Positions 51,833 through 64,000 of a stretch of DNA of 64,000 bases are shown here, piece after piece. This DNA comes from the human T2T-CHM13v2.0 reference genome, Homo sapiens. The DNA lies in assembly GCF_009914755.1 (NCBI RefSeq), contig NC_060938.1; one strand, given 5' to 3'. Every line of letters begins with the position of its first letter. Within the stretch, counting starts at the first letter, position 1. The translations under genes were made by a program, and so were the position numbers. A model generated the notes under the pieces. That model was not told the DNA's origin, searched no databases, and worked only from the letters and a program-made list of their open reading frames with translations.

Positions 51833-54800
51833 GTTAGCTGAGTTCACACATCACAAACAAGTTTATGAGAATGCTTCTGTCTAGTTTTTATTTGAAGATA
51901 TTTCCTTTCTCACCATAGAGCTGAAAGCTGTCCTAATGTTCACTTCCAGATACTACAGAAAGAGTGTTTCAAAACTGCTGTACGAAAGGGAATGTTCAAC
52001 TCTGTGACTTGAATGCACACATCACAAAGAAGTTTCTGAGGATGCTGCTGTCTACTTTTTATACGTAATCCCGTTTCCAACGAAATCCTCCAAGCTATCC
52101 AAATATCCACTTGCAGATTCCACAGAAAGACTGTTTCAAAACTGCTCTGTCAATAGAAAGGTTCAACTCTGTTAGCTGCGTGCATATATCCCAAAGAAGA
52201 TTCTGAGATTGCTTCTGTCTAGTTTTTATGGGAAGATATTTCCCTTTTCACCGTAGGCGTCAAGGCGCTCCAAATGTCCACTTCCAGATACTACAAAAAG
52301 AGTGTTTCAAACCTACTCTGTGAAAGGGAATATTCAACTCTGTGACTTGAATGCACATATCACAAGGAAGTTTCTGAGAATGCTTCTGTCGAGATTTTAT
52401 ATGAAGATATTCCCGTTTCCAACGAAATCCTGAAATCTATCCAAATATCCCCTTGCAGATTCTACAAAAAGAGTGTTTCAAAACTGCTCTGTGAAAAGAA
52501 AGGTTCAACTCTGTTAGTTGAGTACACACATCACAAACAAGTTTCACACAATGCTTCTTTCTAGCTTGTAGGGGAAGATATTCCCTTTATCACCATGGGC
52601 CTCAAACCGTCCGAAAAGTCCACTTCCATATACTACAAAAAGAGCGTTTCAAACCTGCTCTATGAAAGGCAATGTTCAACTCTGTGACTTGAATGCAGAC
52701 ATCACAGAGCAGTTTCTGAGAATGCTTCTGTCTAGATTTTATAGGAAGATATTCCCGTTTCCAACGAAATCTTCACAGCTATCCAAATATCCACTTGCAG
52801 ATTCTACAAAAAGAGTGTATCAAAACTGCTCTGTCAAAAGGAAGGTTCTTTTCTGTTAGGTGAGTGCATACGTCATAAAGGAGTTTCTGAGAATGTTTCT
52901 GTCTAGTGGTTATGGGAAGATATTTGCTTTTTCACCGTAGGCCTCAGAGCGCTCCAAATATCCACTTGCACATACTACAAAAAGAGTGCCTCAAAGCTGC
53001 TCTCTGAAACGGAATGTTCAACTCTATGAGTTGAATGCAAACATCGCAAAGACGTTTCTGAGAATGCTTCTGTCTAGATTTGATATGAAGATATTCCCGT
53101 TTCCAACGAAATCTTCAAATCTATCCAAATGTCCACTTGCAGATTCAACAAAAAGTGTTTTTCAGAACTGCTCTATCAAAAGAAAGATCCACCTCTGTTA
53201 GCTGAGTTCACACATCACAAACAAGTTTATGAGAATGCTTCTGTCTAGTTTTTATTTGAAGATATTTCCTTTCTCACCATAGAGCTGAAAGCTGTCCTAA
53301 TGTTCACTTCCAGATACTACAGAAAGAGTGTTTCAAAACTGCTGTACGAAAGGGAATGTTCAACTCTGTGACTTGAATGCACACATCACAAAGAAGTTTC
53401 TGAGGATGCTGCTGTCTACTTTTTATACGTAATCCCGTTTCCAACGAAATCCTCCAAGCTATCCAAATATCCACTTGCAGATTCCACAGAAAGACTGTTT
53501 CAAAACTGCTCTGTCAATAGAAAGGTTCAACTCTGTTAGCTGCGTGCATATATCCCAAAGAAGATTCTGAGATTGCTTCTGTCTAGTTTTTATGGGAAGA
53601 TATTTCCCTTTTCACCGTAGGTGTCAAGGCGCTCCAAATGTCCACTTCCAGATACTACAAAAAGAGTGTTTCAAACCTACTCTGTGAAAGGGAATATTCA
53701 ACTCTGTGACTTGAATGCACATATCACAAAGAAGTTTCTGAGAATGCTTCTGTCGAGATTTTATATGAAGATATTCCCGTTTCCAACGAAATGCTGAAAT
53801 CTATCCAAATATCCCCTCGCAGATTCTACAAAAAGAGTGTTTCAAAACTGCTCTGTGAAAAGAAAGGTTCAACTCTGTTAGTTGAGTACACACATCACAA
53901 ACAAGTTTCACAGAATGCTTCTTTCTAGCTTGTAGGGGAAGATATTCCCTTTATCACCATGGGCCTCCAACCGTCCGAAACATCCACTTCCATATACTAC
54001 AAAAAGAGCGTTTCAAACCTGCTCTATGAAAGGCAATGTTCAACTCTGTGACTTGAATGCAGACATCACAGAGCAGTTTCTGAGAATGCTTCTGTCTAGA
54101 TTTTATAGGAAGATATTCCCGTTTCCAACGAAATCTTCACAGCTATCCAAATATCCACTTGCAGATTCTACAAAAAGAGTGTATCAAAACTGCTCTGTCA
54201 AAAGGAAGGTTCTTCTCTGTTAGGTGAGTGCATACGTCATAAAGGAGTTTCTGAGAATGTTTCTGTCTAGTGGTTATGGGAAGATACTTGCTTTTTCACC
54301 GTAGGCCTCAGAGCGCTCCAAATATCCACTTGCACATACTACAAAAAGAGTGCTTCAAAGCTGCTCTCTGAAACGGAATGTTCAACTCTATGAGTTGAAT
54401 GCAAACATCGCAAAGACGTTTCTGAGAATGCTTCTGTCTAGATTTGATATGAAGATATTCCCGTTTCCAACGAAATCTTCAAATCTATCCAAATGTCCAC
54501 TTGCAGATTCAACAAAAAGTGTTTTTCAGAACTGCTCTATCAAAAGAAAGATCCACCTCTGTTAGCTGAGTTCACACATCACAAACAAGTTTATGAGAAT
54601 GCTTCTGTCTAGTTTTTATTTGAAGATATTTCCTTTCTCACCATAGAGCTGAAAGCTGTCCTAATGTTCACTTCCAGATACTACAGAAAGAGTGTTTCAA
54701 AACTGCTGTACGAAAGGGAATGTTCAACTCTGTGACTTGAATGCACACATCACAAAGAAGTTTCTGAGGATGCTGCTGTCTACTTTTTATACGTAATCCC

Positions 54801-57800
54801 GTTTCCAACGAAATCCTCCAAGCTATCCAAATATCCACTTGCAGATTCCACAGAAAGACTGTTTCAAAACTGCTCTGTCAATAGAAAGGTTCAACTCTGT
54901 TAGCTGCATGCATATATCCCAAAGAAGATTCTGAGATTGCTTCTGTCTAGTTTTTATGGGAAGATATTTCCCTTTTCACCGTAGGCGTCAAGGCGCTCCA
55001 AATGTCCACTTCCAGATACTACAAAAAGAGTGTTTCAAACCTACTCTGTGAAAGGGAATATTCAACTCTGTGACTTGAATGCACATATCACAAGGAAGTT
55101 TCTGAGAATGCTTCTGTCGAGATTTTATATGAAGATATTCCCGTTTCCAACGAAATGCTGAAATCTATCCAAATATCCCCTCGCAGATTCTACAAAAAGA
55201 GTGTTTCAAAACTGCTCTGTAAAAAGAAAGGTTCAACTCTGTTAGTTGAGTACACACATCACAAACAAGTTTCACACAATGCTTCTTTCTAGCTTGTAGG
55301 GGAAGATATTCCCTTTATCACCATGGGCCTCAAACCGTCCGATAAGTCCACTTCCATATACTACAAAAAGAGCGTTTCAAACCTGCTCTATGAAAGGCAA
55401 TGTTCAACTCTGTGACTTGAATGCAGACATCGCAGAGCAGTTTCTGAGAATGCTTCTGTCTAGATTTTATAGGAAGATATTCCCGTTTCCAACGAAATCT
55501 TCACAGCTATCCAAATATCCACTTGCAGATTCTACAAAAAGAGTGTATCAAAACTGCTCTGTCAAAAGGAAGGTTCTTTTCTGTTAGGTGAGTGCATACG
55601 TCATAAAGGAGTTTCTGAGAATGTTTCTGTCTAGTGGTTATGGGAAGATATTTGCTTTTTCACCGTAGGCCTCAGAGCGCTCCAAATATCCACTTGCACA
55701 TACTACAAAAAGAGTGCCTCAAAGCTGCTCTCTGAAACGGAATGTTCAACTCTATGAGTTGAATGCAAACATCGCAAAGACGTTTCTGAGAATGCTTCTG
55801 TCTAGATTTGATATGAAGATATTCCCGTTTCCAACGAAATCTTCAAATCTATCCAAATGTCCACTTGCAGATTCAACAAAAAGTGTTTTTCAGAACTGCT
55901 CTATCAAAAGAAAGATCCACCTCTGTTAGCTGAGTTCACACATCACAAACAAGTTTATGAGAATGCTTCTGTCTAGTTTTTATTTGAAGATATTTCCTTT
56001 CTCACCATAGAGCTGAAAGCTGTCCTAATGTTCACTTCCAGATACTACAGAAAGAGTGTTTCAAAACTGCTGTACGAAAGGGAATGTTCAACTCTGTGAC
56101 TTGAATGCACACATCACAAAGAAGTTTCTGAGGATGCTGCTGTCTACTTTTTATACGTAATCCCGTTTCCAACGAAATCCTCCAAGCTATCCAAATATCC
56201 ACTTGCAGATTCCACAGAAAGACTGTTTCAAAACTGCTCTGTCAATAGAAAGGTTCAACTCTGTTAGCTGCATGCATATATCCCAAAGAAGATTCTGAGA
56301 TTGCTTCTGTCTAGTTTTTATGGGAAGATATTTCCCTTTTCACCGTAGGCGTCAAGGCGCTCCAAATGTCCACTTCCAGATACTACAAAAAGAGTGTTTC
56401 AAACCTACTCTGTGAAAGGGAATATTCAACTCTGTGACTTGAATGCACATATCACAAGGAAGTTTCTGAGAATGCTTCTGTCGAGATTTTATATGAAGAT
56501 ATTCCCGTTTCCAACGAAATCCTGAAATCTATCCAAATATCCCCTTGCAGATTCTACAAAAAGAGTGTTTCAAAACTGCTCTGTAAAAAGAAAGGTTCAA
56601 CTCTGTTAGTTGAGTACACACATCACAAACAAGTTTCACACAATGCTTCTTTCTAGCTTGTAGGGGAAGATATTCCCTTTATCACCATGGGCCTCAAACC
56701 GTCCGATAAGTCCACTTCCATATACTACAAAAAGAGCGTTTCAAACCTGCTCTATGAAAGGCAATGTTCAACTCTGTGACTTGAATGCAGACATCACAGA
56801 GCAGTTTCTGAGAATGCTTCTGTCTAGATTTTATAGGAAGATATTCCCGTTTCCAACGAAATCTTCACAGCTATCCAAATATCCACTTGCAGATTCTACA
56901 AAAAGAGTGTATCAAAACTGCTCTGTCAAAAGGAAGGTTCTTTTCTGTTAGGTGAGTGCATACGTCATAAAGGAGTTTCTGAGAATGTTTCTGTCTAGTG
57001 GTTATGGGAAGATATTTGCTTTTTCACCGTAGGCCTCAGAGCGCTCCAAATATCCACTTGCACATACTACAAAAAGAGTGCCTCAAAGCTGCTCTCTGAA
57101 ACGGAATGTTCAACTCTATGAGTTGAATGCAAACATCGCAAAGACGTTTCTGAGAATGCTTCTGTCTAGATTTGATATGAAGATATTCCCGTTTCCAACG
57201 AAATCTTCAAATCTATCCAAATGTCCACTTGCAGATTCAACAAAAAGTGTTTTTCAGAACTGCTCTATCAAAAGAAAGATCCACCTCTGTTAGCTGAGTT
57301 CACACATCACAAACAAGTTTATGAGAATGCTTCTGTCTAGTTTTTATTTGAAGATATTTCCTTTCTCACCATAGAGCTGAAAGCTGTCCTAATGTTCACT
57401 TCCAGATACTACAGAAAGAGTGTTTCAAAACTGCTGTACGAAAGGGAATGTTCAACTCTGTGACTTGAATGCACACATCACAAAGAAGTTTCTGAGGATG
57501 CTGCTGTCTACTTTTTATACGTAATCCCGTTTCCAACGAAATCCTCCAAGCTATCCAAATATCCACTTGCAGATTCCACAGAAAGACTGTTTCAAAACTG
57601 CTCTGTCAATAGAAAGGTTCAACTCTGTTAGCTGCGTGCATATATCCCAAAGAAGATTCTGAGATTGCTTCTGTCTAGTTTTTATGGGAAGATATTTCCC
57701 TTTTCACCGTAGGTGTCAAGGCGCTCCAAATGTCCACTTCCAGATACTACAAAAAGAGTGTTTCAAACCTACTCTGTGAAAGGGAATATTCAACTCTGTG

Positions 57801-60800
57801 ACTTGAATGCACATATCACAAAGAAGTTTCTGAGAATGCTTCTGTCGAGATTTTATATGAAGATATTCCCGTTTCCAACGAAATGCTGAAATCTATCCAA
57901 ATATCCCCTCGCAGATTCTACAAAAAGAGTGTTTCAAAACTGCTCTGTGAAAAGAAAGGTTCAACTCTGTTAGTTGAGTACACACATCACAAACAAGTTT
58001 CACAGAATGCTTCTTTCTAGCTTGTAGGGGAAGATATTCCCTTTATCACCATGGGCCTCCAACCGTCCGAAACATCCACTTCCATATACTACAAAAAGAG
58101 CGTTTCAAACCTGCTCTATGAAAGGCAATGTTCAACTCTGTGACTTGAATGCAGACATCACAGAGCAGTTTCTGAGAATGCTTCTGTCTAGATTTTATAG
58201 GAAGATATTCCCGTTTCCAACGAAATCTTCACAGCTATCCAAATATCCACTTGCAGATTCTACAAAAAGAGTGTATCAAAACTGCTCTGTCAAAAGGAAG
58301 GTTCTTCTCTGTTAGGTGAGTGCATACGTCATAAAGGAGTTTCTGAGAATGTTTCTGTCTAGTGGTTATGGGAAGATATTTGCTTTTTCACCGTAGGCCT
58401 CAGAGCGCTCCAAATATCCACTTGCACATACTACAAAAAGAGTGCTTCAAAGCTGCTCTCTGAAACGGAATGTTCAACTCTATGAGTTGAATGCAAACAT
58501 CACAAAGACGTTTCTGAGAATGCTTCTGTCTAGATTTGATATGAAGATATTCCCGTTTCCAACGAAATCTTCAAATCTATCCAAATGTCCACTTGCAGAT
58601 TCAACAAAAAGTGTTTTTCAGAACTGCTCTATCAAAAGAAAGATCCACCTCTGTTAGCTGAGTTCACACATCACAAACAAGTTTATGAGAATGCTTCTGT
58701 CTAGTTTTTATTTGAAGATATTTCCTTTCTCACCATAGAGCTGAAAGCTGTCCTAATGTTCACTTCCAGATACTACAGAAAGAGTGTTTCAAAACTGCTG
58801 TACGAAAGGGAATGTTCAACTCTGTGACTTGAATGCACACATCACAAAGAAGTTTCTGAGGATGCTGCTGTCTACTTTTTATACGTAATCCCGTTTCCAA
58901 CGAAATCCTCCAAGCTATCCAAATATCCACTTGCAGATTCCACAGAAAGACTGTTTCAAAACTGCTCTGTCAATAGAAAGGTTCAACTCTGTTAGCTGCG
59001 TGCATATATCCCAAAGAAGATTCTGAGATTGCTTCTGTCTAGTTTTTATGGGAAGATATTTCCCTTTTCACCGTAGGCGTCAAGGCGCTCCAAATGTCCA
59101 CTTCCAGATACTACAAAAAGAGTGTTTCAAACCTACTCTGTGAAAGGGAATATTCAACTCTGTGACTTGAATGCACATATCACAAGGAAGTTTCTGAGAA
59201 TGCTTCTGTCGAGATTTTATATGAAGATATTCCCGTTTCCAACGAAATCCTGAAATCTATCCAAATATCCCCTTGCAGATTCTACAAAAAGAGTGTTTCA
59301 AAACTGCTCTGTGAAAAGAAAGGTTCAACTCTGTTAGTTGAGTACACACATCACAAACAAGTTTCACACAATGCTTCTTTCTAGCTTGTAGGGGAAGATA
59401 TTCCCTTTATCACCATGGGCCTCAAACCGTCCGAAAAGTCCACTTCCATATACTACAAAAAGAGCGTTTCAAACCTGCTCTATGAAAGGCAATGTTCAAC
59501 TCTGTGACTTGAATGCAGACATCACAGAGCAGTTTCTGAGAATGCTTCTGTCTAGATTTTATAGGAAGATATTCCCGTTTCCAACGAAATCTTCACAGCT
59601 ATCCAAATATCCACTTGCAGATTCTACAAAAAGAGTGTATCAAAACTGCTCTGTCAAAAGGAAGGTTCTTTTCTGTTAGGTGAGTGCATACGTCATAAAG
59701 GAGTTTCTGAGAATGTTTCTGTCTAGTGGTTATGGGAAGATATTTGCTTTTCCACCGTAGGCCTCAGAGCGCTCCAAATATCCACTTGCACATACTACAA
59801 AAAGAGTGCCTCAAAGCTGCTCTCTGAAACGGAATGTTCAACTCTATGAGTTGAATGCAAACATCGCAAAGACGTTTCTGAGAATGCTTCTGTCTAGATT
59901 TGATATGAAGATATTCCCGTTTCCAACGAAATCTTCAAATCTATCCAAATGTCCACTTGCAGATTCAACAAAAAGTGTTTTTCAGAACTGCTCTATCAAA
60001 AGAAAGATCCACCTCTGTTAGCTGAGTTCACACATCACAAACAAGTTTATGAGAATGCTTCTGTCTAGTTTTTATTTGAAGATATTTCCTTTCTCACCAT
60101 AGAGCTGAAAGCTGTCCTAATGTTCACTTCCAGATACTACAGAAAGAGTGTTTCAAAACTGCTGTACGAAAGGGAATGTTCAACTCTGTGACTTGAATGC
60201 ACACATCACAAAGAAGTTTCTGAGGATGCTGCTGTCTACTTTTTATACGTAATCCCGTTTCCAACGAAATCCTCCAAGCTATCCAAATATCCACTTGCAG
60301 ATTCCACAGAAAGACTGTTTCAAAACTGCTCTGTCAATAGAAAGGTTCAACTCTGTTAGCTGCGTGCATATATCCCAAAGAAGATTCTGAGATTGCTTCT
60401 GTCTAGTTTTTATGGGAAGATATTTCCCTTTTCACCGTAGGTGTCAAGGCGCTCCAAATGTCCACTTCCAGATACTACAAAAAGAGTGTTTCAAACCTAC
60501 TCTGTGAAAGGGAATATTCAACTCTGTGACTTGAATGCACATATCACAAAGAAGTTTCTGAGAATGCTTCTGTCGAGATTTTATATGAAGATATTCCCGT
60601 TTCCAACGAAATGCTGAAATCTATCCAAATATCCCCTCGCAGATTCTACAAAAAGAGTGTTTCAAAACTGCTCTGTGAAAAGAAAGGTTCAACTCTGTTA
60701 GTTGAGTACACACATCACAAACAAGTTTCACAGAATGCTTCTTTCTAGCTTGTAGGGGAAGATATTCCCTTTATCACCATGGGCCTCCAACCGTCCGAAA

Positions 60801-63800
60801 CATCCACTTCCATATACTACAAAAAGAGCGTTTCAAACCTGCTCTATGAAAGGCAATGTTCAACTCTGTGACTTGAATGCAGACATCACAGAGCAGTTTC
60901 TGAGAATGCTTCTGTCTAGATTTTATAGGAAGATATTCCCGTTTCCAACGAAATCTTCACAGCTATCCAAATATCCACTTGCAGATTCTACAAAAAGAGT
61001 GTATCAAAACTGCTCTGTCAAAAGGAAGGTTCTTCTCTGTTAGGTGAGTGCATACGTCATAAAGGAGTTTCTGAGAATGTTTCTGTCTAGTGGTTATGGG
61101 AAGATATTTGCTTTTTCACCGTAGGCCTCAGAGCGCTCCAAATATCCACTTGCACATACTACAAAAAGAGTGCTTCAAAGCTGCTCTCTGAAACGGAATG
61201 TTCAACTCTATGAGTTGAATGCAAACATCGCAAAGACGTTTCTGAGAATGCTTCTGTCTAGATTTGATATGAAGATATTCCCGTTTCCAACGAAATCTTC
61301 AAATCTATCCAAATGTCCACTTGCAGATTCAACAAAAAGTGTTTTTCAGAACTGCTCTATCAAAAGAAAGATCCACCTCTGTTAGCTGAGTTCACACATC
61401 ACAAACAAGTTTATGAGAATGCTTCTGTCTAGTTTTTATTTGAAGATATTTCCTTTCTCACCATAGAGCTGAAAGCTGTCCTAATGTTCACTTCCAGATA
61501 CTACAGAAAGAGTGTTTCAAAACTGCTGTACGAAAGGGAATGTTCAACTCTGTGACTTGAATGCACACATCACAAAGAAGTTTCTGAGGATGCTGCTGTC
61601 TACTTTTTATACGTAATCCCGTTTCCAACGAAATCCTCCAAGCTATCCAAATATCCACTTGCAGATTCCACAGAAAGACTGTTTCAAAACTGCTCTGTCA
61701 ATAGAAAGGTTCAACTCTGTTAGCTGCATGCATATATCCCAAAGAAGATTCTGAGATTGCTTCTGTCTAGTTTTTATGGGAAGATATTTCCCTTTTCACC
61801 GTAGGCGTCAAGGCGCTCCAAATGTCCACTTCCAGATACTACAAAAAGAGTGTTTCAAACCTACTCTGTGAAAGGGAATATTCAACTCTGTGACTTGAAT
61901 GCACATATCACAAGGAAGTTTCTGAGAATGCTTCTGTCGAGATTTTATATGAAGATATTCCCGTTTCCAACGAAATGCTGAAATCTATCCAAATATCCCC
62001 TCGCAGATTCTACAAAAAGAGTGTTTCAAAACTGCTCTGTAAAAAGAAAGGTTCAACTCTGTTAGTTGAGTACACACATCACAAACAAGTTTCACACAAT
62101 GCTTCTTTCTAGCTTGTAGGGGAAGATATTCCCTTTATCACCATGGGCCTCAAACCGTCCGATAAGTCCACTTCCATATACTACAAAAAGAGCGTTTCAA
62201 ACCTGCTCTATGAAAGGCAATGTTCAACTCTGTGACTTGAATGCAGACGTCGCAGAGCAGTTTCTGAGAATGCTTCTGTCTAGATTTTATAGGAAGATAT
62301 TCCCGTTTCCAACGAAATCTTCACAGCTATCCAAATATCCACTTGCAGATTCTACAAAAAGAGTGTATCAAAACTGCTCTGTCAAAAGGAAGGTTCTTTT
62401 CTGTTAGGTGAGTGCATACGTCATAAAGGAGTTTCTGAGAATGTTTCTGTCTAGTGGTTATGGGAAGATATTTGCTTTTTCACCGTAGGCCTCAGAGCGC
62501 TCCAAATATCCCCTTGCACATACTACAAAAAGAGTGCCTCAAAGCTGCTCTCTGAAACGGAATGTTCAACTCTATGAGTTGAATGCAAACATCGCAAAGA
62601 CGTTTCTGAGAATGCTTCTGTCTAGATTTGATATGAAGATATTCCCGTTTCCAACGAAATCTTCAAATCTATCCAAATGTCCACTTGCAGATTCAACAAA
62701 AAGTGTTTTTCAGAACTGCTCTATCAAAAGAAAGATCCACCTCTGTTAGCTGAGTTCACACATCACAAACAAGTTTATGAGAATGCTTCTGTCTAGTTTT
62801 TATTTGAAGATATTTCCTTTCTCACCATAGAGCTGAAAGCTGTCCTAATGTTCACTTCCAGATACTACAGAAAGAGTGTTTCAAAACTGCTGTACGAAAG
62901 GGAATGTTCAACTCTGTGACTTGAATGCACACATCACAAAGAAGTTTCTGAGGATGCTGCTGTCTACTTTTTATACGTAATCCCGTTTCCAACGAAATCC
63001 TCCAAGCTATCCAAATATCCACTTGCAGATTCCACAGAAAGACTGTTTCAAAACTGCTCTGTCAATAGAAAGGTTCAACTCTGTTAGCTGCATGCATATA
63101 TCCCAAAGAAGATTCTGAGATTGCTTCTGTCTAGTTTTTATGGGAAGATATTTCCCTTTTCACCGTAGGCGTCAAGGCGCTCCAAATGTCCACTTCCAGA
63201 TACTACAAAAAGAGTGTTTCAAACCTACTCTGTGAAAGGGAATATTCAACTCTGTGACTTGAATGCACATATCACAAAGAAGTTTCTGAGAATGCTTCTG
63301 TCGAGATTTTATATGAAGATATTCCCGTTTCCAACGAAATGCTGAAATCTATCCAAATATCCCCTCGCAGATTCTACAAAAAGAGTGTTTCAAAACTGCT
63401 CTGTGAAAAGAAAGGTTCAACTCTGTTAGTTGAGTACACACATCACAAACAAGTTTCACAGAATGCTTCTTTCTAGCTTGTAGGGGAAGATATTCCCTTT
63501 ATCACCATGGGCCTCCAACCGTCCGAAACATCCACTTCCATATACTACAAAAAGAGCGTTTCAAACCTGCTCTATGAAAGGCAATGTTCAACTCTGTGAC
63601 TTGAATGCAGACATCACAGAGCAGTTTCTGAGAATGCTTCTGTCTAGATTTTATAGGAAGATATTCCCGTTTCCAACGAAATCTTCACAGCTATCCAAAT
63701 ATCCACTTGCAGATTCTACAAAAAGAGTGTATCAAAACTGCTCTGTCAAAAGGAAGGTTCTTCTCTGTTAGGTGAGTGCATACGTCATAAAGGAGTTTCT

Positions 63801-64000
63801 GAGAATGTTTCTGTCTAGTGGTTATGGGAAGATATTTGCTTTTTCACCGTAGGCCTCAGAGCGCTCCAAATATCCACTTGCACATACTACAAAAAGAGTG
63901 CTTCAAAGCTGCTCTCTGAAACGGAATGTTCAACTCTATGAGTTGAATGCAAACATCACAAAGACGTTTCTGAGAATGCTTCTGTCTAGATTTGATATGA
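51833..64000. repeat. Probable 5-HOR (6820 bp) duplication: units 39-43 versus 44-47, second copy one unit shorter
   Basis: Haplotype order 39=44, 40=45, 41=46. Unit 47 looks like the 5' part of 42 joined to the 3' part of 43. Confidence 0.7.

Larger units (their letters stand above)
1..64000. repeat. Alpha-satellite higher-order repeat array: 8-mer HOR of 1364 bp, ~46.9 copies, centromeric live-type
   Basis: Typical ~171 bp alphoid motifs throughout (ttcaactctgtgacttgaatgcacacatcacaaagaagtttctgagaatgcttctgtctag; aaatatccacttgcagattctacaaaaagagtgtttcaaaactgctct). The same ORF recurs at 830, 2194, ... 63574 = 830+46x1364. Copies differ by roughly 1% or less. Confidence 0.99.

Noticed and set aside
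830-63771. Recurrent 65 aa and 71 aa + strand ORFs (MKGNVQLCDLNAD..., MPQSCSLKRNVQL...)
   Set aside because: These are chance open frames in alpha satellite (171 bp is a multiple of 3), repeated with the HOR. The second starts at GTG, and there is no recognisable domain or gene context. I used them only as SNP reporters.
237-64000. Regularly spaced identical 17-mers resembling CRISPR repeats
   Set aside because: They are CENP-B boxes. The intervening ~325 bp is itself repeated, there are no unique spacers, and there are no cas genes.
1-64000. Embedded L1/Alu/viral insertion, inversion or a novel gene system
   Set aside because: The exact 1364 bp phase and constant orientation leave no room for inserted sequence; nothing non-alphoid was seen.

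Overview
The whole 64 kb window is one uninterrupted, single-orientation array of primate (almost certainly human) centromeric alpha-satellite. The higher-order repeat (HOR) is exactly 1364 bp: 8 monomers, 7 x 171 bp plus 1 x 167 bp. There are 46 full copies plus a partial 47th; unit k starts at 1+1364*(k-1). CENP-B boxes and pJalpha-like boxes alternate monomer by monomer (dimeric type). From memory the best match is the SF2 8-mer live array of chr14/chr22 (D14Z9/D22Z1); this was not verified by search. I found no genes, transposon insertions, inversions or net indels, and all ORFs in the track are repeat artefacts. I found no new biological system. The real hidden structure is in the SNPs: two interleaved HOR haplotypes (A/B), chimeric units between them, and nested tandem duplications of 1, 3, 4, 5 and 11/12 HOR units, some with junctions mappable to about 60-100 bp. 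Variants were read by eye, so the lists may be incomplete.
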